A stretch of 64,000 nucleotides of DNA, taken from a bacterium. GTDB taxonomy: Bacteria > Spirochaetota > Spirochaetia > Treponematales > Treponemataceae. How positions within the stretch are numbered: position 1 is the first letter of the stretch; each line of letters opens with the position of its first letter. The notes beneath the pieces were generated by a model, which saw only the letters and a list, made by a program, of their open reading frames with translations, did not search any database and was not told the DNA's origin. The position numbers were made by a program, and so were the translations under genes. The stretch is from positions 2,749-66,748 of the forward strand of contig CAVJCY010000005.1 of NCBI GenBank assembly GCA_963648145.1, in the 5' to 3' direction. Below, piece after piece: positions 58,561-64,000 of the stretch.

Positions 58561-60453
58561 TTATAGCGCGCCGTCAGCAGGACCGTAATAGAATGAAACT
58601 TCGTAAGTTTTCATTGCAGAAAAGACAACAGCCCCTTTGTCAAAAATGCAGGCACCACAGCCTTCAGTTGAACCGTCTACAGTGCGCACACCGGCCGGGA
58701 TATTTGTTACCCATTCGTTGTAAAGATTTGCACGGGTAGTGTTATTGCCGTCGCTGGTAGTGTAGTTTTTCTTTGTCAGAGGAATTTCCTTGTCATTAAC
58801 CTTTATTGACCTGATTTGAATAATCCAGTCCGGGTGCAGAGCTTCGCCGTTCGCAATCCCTAGTGCAGAAAAAGAAACACCGTTCGCCTTGCCCATGCCG
58901 TTGGCTTTCATTGTAGAAAAATCAAGTTTTACAGAATATTCGCCAGGTTTTTCAATTGCAGTATCGGTTGCAGTCAAATCTTTTGATTTTGAAGAAGGTT
59001 TGTATTCATCACCAACCGAATAATTTACACCCCAGGAAGAATCAGCGTACATCAGATAGGCAATCGCAATGTCCTTACGACCTTCCAGACTATTGCCCGT
59101 TAAAGAAGTCGGGGCATCTTTATAAGCCTTTGCAAAACGCTGATGAGCAGATTCCTTTACGATAGAAGGATTAACCGAATCTTCAAAAGTGAATGCGTGC
59201 GAAAGATAAAGTTTTGCAAAATCTTCGTTAATTAATTTTGCCTTTGATTTATCGTAATAACAGGCAGTTCCTGTATCCCACAAAACAGGACAGAAACCAT
59301 AATAATCACATTCATCAAGGAAAAGAGAGTGATAAAAGTTCGTGGCAGTTTTAAAATCAGGATTTGGAAGAACACCGTATTCGCCAATTACAACACCAAC
59401 ACTTTCATCAACGGTAAAACGAGTAAGCAGTTTGAGCGTAGTGTCCATATCGCCAATATCGCCTTTAGAGCCCCAATCATCGCCCTTGCCAATACAAAGA
59501 GGAGAAGGATCATAATAATGAACTGAAACAATCAGTTTGTCTTGAGCAGAATCCTTAGGCAACTGCCATCTGCTGTCTACAGTTTTGCGCACATCTGTGT
59601 TATATCCCGGAATAAGAAGATAACGTTCAGAATTGTTACCGCCGGTAGACCGTACAGTGTCCACAAAAATCTGATTTATCATATTCGCAGTAGTGTAGAG
59701 TTCTTCCCTAGAAAGATAACCACTGTTCCAGCATGAACGGGTATCGTTTAAGGAATCCCCAGTTTCTTCGTTACCGCCTTCAAAAATCAAATATTCATCA
59801 TAATTTTTAAAACGGTTTGCAATCTGAATCCACATTGCCTTATAAAGTTCCTTTGCACTTTCGCGGATTTCTTCAGTCCAGGAACCAAACATTCCCCACC
59901 AGGCACCATCCCAGTGATCATTTATAATAACGTACATTCCTTCATCAAGAGCCCAGCCGACAATAGTTTCAACCCGGTCAAGATAAGAAGAATTAATCAC
60001 ATAATCGCCCGAATCATAAGCCATGGCATTAGTCCAGGCAACCGGAATTCGCAGAGTGTCAAAACCAGCTTCAACGTACCCCTGAATCATCTTCTGAGTA
60101 GTTACAGGCTGCCCCCAAAGCTGTTCATAATAAGTAGCATCGCGGTTAACCATAGCGGCACTTGAACGATACGCTTCCATAGTATTACCAAGATTAATAC
60201 CATTACCCATAAGACGTGTAATTTCTATAGAAGAAGCACTGCCGTCAAATTCCATCGGCTCAGTAAGAATCTTGCTGGAAGAATCAGGAATTTCCACGTG
60301 TTTAGAAACCATAACCCGCGGAGACAAATCTTTTGTACTAAGATTTCTGCCGTCCGCATCAGTTTTTACAACATCCGTTTTTGCATTAGAAGCACAGCCC
60401 GCCAAAAGCACAGCCAAAATGCCCATAACCAGAATAATTTTACCTTTTTTCAT
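58561..60453 (-). CDS. GH5 glycoside hydrolase lipoprotein with C-terminal beta-sandwich domain
   Basis: Lipobox LAGC. GINLGNTMEA, LRIPVAW, NDHWD, NEE, HYY, IGEYG and LWD motifs. Confidence 0.92.
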   Translation of the reverse strand: MKKGKIILVMGILAVLLAGCASNAKTDVVKTDADGRNLSTKDLSPRVMVSKHVEIPDSSSKILTEPMEFDGSASSIEITRLMGNGINLGNTMEAYRSSAAMVNRDATYYEQLWGQPVTTQKMIQGYVEAGFDTLRIPVAWTNAMAYDSGDYVINSSYLDRVETIVGWALDEGMYVIINDHWDGAWWGMFGSWTEEIRESAKELYKAMWIQIANRFKNYDEYLIFEGGNEETGDSLNDTRSCWNSGYLSREELYTTANMINQIFVDTVRSTGGNNSERYLLIPGYNTDVRKTVDSRWQLPKDSAQDKLIVSVHYYDPSPLCIGKGDDWGSKGDIGDMDTTLKLLTRFTVDESVGVVIGEYGVLPNPDFKTATNFYHSLFLDECDYYGFCPVLWDTGTACYYDKSKAKLINEDFAKLYLSHAFTFEDSVNPSIVKESAHQRFAKAYKDAPTSLTGNSLEGRKDIAIAYLMYADSSWGVNYSVGDEYKPSSKSKDLTATDTAIEKPGEYSVKLDFSTMKANGMGKANGVSFSALGIANGEALHPDWIIQIRSIKVNDKEIPLTKKNYTTSDGNNTTRANLYNEWVTNIPAGVRTVDGSTEGCGACIFDKGAVVFSAMKTYEVSFYYGPADGAL

Positions 60454-60566
60454 AAAACCCCTTTTTACAGAAGCGATTTTTCACTTCCCATAAAAATTCT
60501 GAGCCAAACTACCAAAAATAAAATATAAAATTTTATAGATTTTAATGTGATTTTTAGCATTCATAA

Positions 60567-60702
60567 GGGCGTTCCGGCTAAAGCCGTCGGGCGTTCCACA
60601 CTTCCGCTGCCGCTTCAAAATCCTCAGCACGCAAATAGCGTGCTTCCGGGTTTCCGCTTCGTTTGTTGAAACAAACTTCGCGGGTGTTCCATGCCCTAAC
60701 GC
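60567..60702. repeat. Multibranch structured repeat, copy E
   Basis: GGGCGTT..GTCGGGC..AGCACG-CAAATAG-CGTGCT..GTTTG-TTGAAA-CAAAC..GCCCTAACGC. Confidence 0.85.
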
Positions 60703-60716
60703 AAAGTGCCATGTAT

Positions 60717-61050
60717 TCTGAGGGAGAGAAACCCTGAGAAGAAGCGCCGACAGGCGGTTCGATGATTGATAGCAAAGCGTTAAGAAAAATTGCGAGACAG
60801 CAATTTTTTAGCTTTACCTACTTTCTTCGCAAGCGGTGGTTTTCTCTCCCTCAGACTCCATTCCTTGAAATTCTGCACCGGAAAAAACTTCAGTTTTTGA
60901 GGTGCTGAATTGGTGCGCATGATGCGCACTCGTAAATAAAACTGTTTGCTTGCAAACTGTAGTTAAAATAATACGCGCCATTTTAGCGGATTATTTTAAA
61001 CTCTCTTTCCCAGCACGCGTTTATGGGCACTGCCCCTAAAAACCCTGCTG
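60717..61050. other. Cluster of nested inverted repeats, structured element of unknown type
   Basis: TCTGAGGGAGAGAAACC...GGTTTTCTCTCCCTCAGA followed by five further hairpins. Confidence 0.6.
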
Positions 61051-61127
61051 TTTGGTGGAATTACAAATAAAGCTGACTCTTTACTTGTAATTTTTTTTTA
61101 CTTTTTTGTGTTTTTGGGGGCTAAGCT

Positions 61128-61237
61128 TTTTTTAGATAACTCTGAAAACGCGATGTTTTAATTCGTGCTATATCAACGAATTAAAACCCGCATATATCTC
61201 TAAATAAAGCATTGTAAATGATTTTTTAAAGATACCC
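61128..61237. mobile_element. MITE, long form with truncated left end
   Basis: Close match to 43500-43612. Ends GATACCC. Confidence 0.85.
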
Positions 61238-61282
61238 TAAACACAATTATAACGATTCTCTTATACTTAAAAAATAAGAGTT

Positions 61283-61368
61283 AAAAAAAATATAGCCGCC
61301 TCAGTTTGAACCACGGGCGGCTATTTTGCATATCGTGGAGATAACCCAATATCCGGGCGTTCCCCTTT
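61283..61368 (-). ncRNA. Candidate small RNA
   Basis: Promoter TTGACG-17-TATATT (61403-61375). Terminator ATAGCCGCC/GGCGGCTAT plus T8. Confidence 0.55.
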
Positions 61369-61571
61369 CCTTTTAATATACATCATCTTCCGCCTTTCGT
61401 CAAAGTTTTAACTTCTTAACTTCAATTTTCACTAATCCGTAAGGGATTTTCTGGTGATTTTGTTTTTGTTGTAGGTTCTGGAGTGTGAAAATCTTGTTTT
61501 AATGCACAACCGGTTTTCTGCTTATTTAACTAAAAACTCAAAAAAATTACTTAAAAATTTATTTTTTTTTC

Positions 61572-61599
61572 TTGACTTAGCACATACTCGTGATAACAT
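61572..61599 (+). promoter_or_regulatory. sigma70 promoter (extended -10) of the beta-barrel gene
   Basis: TTGACT-16 nt-TAACAT with TG extension. Followed by 5' hairpin TTTATAC..AGGTC/GACCT..GTATAAA and SD AGGAGG. Confidence 0.65.
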
Positions 61600-61674
61600 A
61601 AAATTATAAGGGTTTTATACACCAAGGTCGTTGACCTGTATAAAGTCTATAACAAAAAAGGAGGATTTTTTCAA

Positions 61675-62802
61675 ATGAAAAAAATCGTAGGAATTTTAGG
61701 CGCAGCAGTAATGCTGGCTTCAAGTGTTTTTGCTGCAGATATGGCTGCCAAAGTTTATATGACAGGCGATCTTGCTAGTGGTGATGCAGATAATGGAGTT
61801 AACTTCTTCAAGCTTAACGCACAGGACCAGAAAGATGCCGATGCACTTGTTGTTTCTGCTAACGGAGATAAAGCTGGTGCTAACTTCCAGTTCTGGTACA
61901 AATATGACGGTATCGGAAAAGCTGACCTTCTAGTACGTTCTACAAAGTTATGGTTCAAACCAATCGATATGGTAAAAATCACTATTGGTGATGTTGAAGG
62001 TGGCGGATACACAGAACAGATTCACTGGTGGCAGGCTGCTACAGGTGCTTCACTTGTACAGGCTTCTGAATGGGATGGAAGATGGTCTAGCTACAACACA
62101 GCTTCTGGTGCAGGTGTTGAAGTAGAAGTAACACCAATTTCTGGTCTTACAGCAAAATTAACAGTTGCTCCTGGTACTGACAAGGTATTTGCTAACACAA
62201 AAGCTGATGGTACGGCTGCTTACGGTGCTAGCCTTGCTTACAGCTTTGCTGATCTTACAGGACTTCCAATCAGTGCACAGTTGGCTTGGCGTGATGAAGG
62301 TGCTAAGAGAAACAGAAGTATTCTTGCTGTAGGTGCTGATTACGGTGCTGCATTTGGTGCAGGTTTCTATGGTTTCTTGAACGCTCGTTTCTACTTTGAC
62401 TCTAGCAACGCTGATTATTCACACAATGGAGACAACAAACTCCGTGGTATCTGTCTTGATAACTACTTGAAATATTCTGTAGGTAATTTGAAAGTAATGG
62501 CTTGTGTTCCAGTTACAATCCGTGTATCTGGCGAAGACGGTGACACGTCATTCATGACATTTGACCTTAAAGCAACATACGGCATTGGTGCTTACACACC
62601 ATATATCGAAATCATGAACAACGGTAATGCAGGTGCTTACAGCCCAATCGCATTTGACGGTTCAACAGACTTCGCAGTAGCAGTAAAACCTGGTGTTACA
62701 TTCAACGTAGGTTCTTGCTCACTTGATGTTGCATTCCTTGCTGAAATTGCTAAAGACTCATTCAAATGGTCTGTACCATTCACAGCTGGCGTAGCATTCT
62801 AG
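61675..62802 (+). CDS. Abundant outer-membrane beta-barrel / outer sheath-type protein
   Basis: Signal peptide VFA-A, amphipathic strands, C-terminal AGVAF, strong SD, codon choice like efp (AAC, TTC, GGT, GCT). Confidence 0.75.
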   Translation: MKKIVGILGAAVMLASSVFAADMAAKVYMTGDLASGDADNGVNFFKLNAQDQKDADALVVSANGDKAGANFQFWYKYDGIGKADLLVRSTKLWFKPIDMVKITIGDVEGGGYTEQIHWWQAATGASLVQASEWDGRWSSYNTASGAGVEVEVTPISGLTAKLTVAPGTDKVFANTKADGTAAYGASLAYSFADLTGLPISAQLAWRDEGAKRNRSILAVGADYGAAFGAGFYGFLNARFYFDSSNADYSHNGDNKLRGICLDNYLKYSVGNLKVMACVPVTIRVSGEDGDTSFMTFDLKATYGIGAYTPYIEIMNNGNAGAYSPIAFDGSTDFAVAVKPGVTFNVGSCSLDVAFLAEIAKDSFKWSVPFTAGVAF

Positions 62803-62822
62803 TCTGAATTAAGGCAATAAAA

Positions 62823-62857
62823 AACAAAGGGCTGTCAGAAAATGGCAGCCCTTTGTT
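62823..62857 (+). terminator. Terminator hairpin
   Basis: AACAAAGGGCTGTCA-GAAAA-TGGCAGCCCTTTGTT. Confidence 0.8.
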
Positions 62858-62934
62858 GTAAAAAGTATTTCAAAAAGTAATTTTTTTTAAACATTTCCAT
62901 GTAAAAACAAAATTAGGATTAAGGAGAAAACTAA

Positions 62935-64000
62935 ATGAAAAAGGTATTATTGACAGTAGCAGCCCTTTTGGCACTTTCTATGGCTTTTGTTGGTTGTAAT
63001 AACAACACAAAAGATGAATCTGGTACTGAAACAACTAAAGCAACAGGTACGTATACAATCAGTGAACTTTCAATTGCAAAAAATTACACTTGGACAGAAG
63101 ATGGTACACAGGATGCAACAACTTTTTCTAATTGGCAGGTAATTGTAAACTTGGATTCTTCTTGGAAACTTGCCGAAGAAGATGAACTTACAGTAACATT
63201 CAGTGGAAAATCAAGCAAAGCATTTAAAGTTGCAAAAGCAAATATAGTAGACAACACAGAAGCTGCCGGCTGGTGGAAACCGTTAGCAGAAGTTGCTTCA
63301 AAAGACGTTGTAATTGCAGGTTCTGCTGCAGATGATGCCGTTGCAACAGATACATTCACAGAAGTAAAATCAACATACAAAATTGACACAGCCGCAACAG
63401 CTGCCGGTGCTGCAAAATTAGTAATTTTCATTGACCCAGTGTCTTTGGGCTATACAGATGCATCAGACGCATACACAAATGGTCCTGCTACAATTGACTT
63501 TGCAGATGTAACAATCAAAGTAGACCTTAACGGTGGTTCTTCAAGTTCAGAAACACCTGCAGAAACTCCAACAGAAACAAGCAAAACGATTGATTTTTCA
63601 AAAGCTACTATAACAGAAGATTACAATGATCCAAAACGAATCTCAGTAGATGATGATGGAGTATTGACAATTACTGCTGGTTCTTGGGATTCATTTACAA
63701 TCGCTTTTGATGCTATGGATTTGTCCTCTTGCACAAAAATGACTATTACAGCAAAAGTTGATGCTGATTTTACGGCTCCAGATGCATTTATTTTTGAAGT
63801 TTCTGATGGAACTAATGCTTCTGGTATGGATAGCTGGACAGATTCAACTTTAACATTTGGAACAGACTATACAGACTGGTCAACAGATCTTTCTAAATTG
63901 AAGTTCGAAGATACTAACTCAAAAATTAGTGCAGCAGCTGCCTTGGATTCATTTGCCGCAATCACAAAAATAAATATCAACCCACGTGGCGCAAAAGGAA
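62935..64000 (+). CDS. Lipoprotein with tandem CBM-like beta domains (partial, runs off window)
   Basis: Not in the ORF track. SD AAGGAG, MKKVLLTVAALLALSMAFVG-C lipobox, open to the window end. Trp-containing Thr/Asp-rich domains joined by a GGSSSSETPAETPTET linker. Confidence 0.85.
   Translation, partial: MKKVLLTVAALLALSMAFVGCNNNTKDESGTETTKATGTYTISELSIAKNYTWTEDGTQDATTFSNWQVIVNLDSSWKLAEEDELTVTFSGKSSKAFKVAKANIVDNTEAAGWWKPLAEVASKDVVIAGSAADDAVATDTFTEVKSTYKIDTAATAAGAAKLVIFIDPVSLGYTDASDAYTNGPATIDFADVTIKVDLNGGSSSSETPAETPTETSKTIDFSKATITEDYNDPKRISVDDDGVLTITAGSWDSFTIAFDAMDLSSCTKMTITAKVDADFTAPDAFIFEVSDGTNASGMDSWTDSTLTFGTDYTDWSTDLSKLKFEDTNSKISAAAALDSFAAITKININPRGAKG

Noticed and set aside
63084..63431. 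115-aa minus-strand ORF
   Set aside because: It is the antisense shadow of the plus-strand lipoprotein starting at 62935.

Overview
AT-rich chromosomal segment of a spirochete, most likely a gut/rumen-type Treponema. Supporting markers are a recycling-type EF-G2, class I LysRS with a G2.U71 tRNA-Lys, spirochete-like FliF/FliG and many spirochete lipoproteins. Most of the window is housekeeping or accessory genes: fusA2, an SPFH/Zn-ribbon/TPM operon, tRNA-Leu(GAG), fliFGHIJ, hisHF, recQ, potABCD, azlCD, adk, tyrA, tsaD, thrH, a cobalamin-riboswitch-controlled lipoprotein plus TonB-dependent receptor, htrA, earP-efp, a small alarmone synthetase, a BMP-type ABC transporter, lysS, tRNA-Lys(UUU), SRP RNA and argD. 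The right end holds a glycan-related cluster: a sugar-binding 7TM chemoreceptor, two GH5 lipoproteins, a highly expressed beta-barrel and a CBM-like lipoprotein running off the edge. No transposase, integrase, phage gene or CRISPR array was seen. The intergenic DNA is the most unusual part. It carries (1) about 19 copies of a hairpin MITE family with 4-bp target duplications, and (2) about 9 copies of a 100-230 nt multibranch structured element with clear compensatory changes and GNA/GA loops. It also carries (3) a structured leader plus uORF before the polyamine transporter, (4) a promoter-to-terminator small RNA candidate and (5) many apparently leaderless genes. All calls are from reading the sequence by eye; no searches were run.
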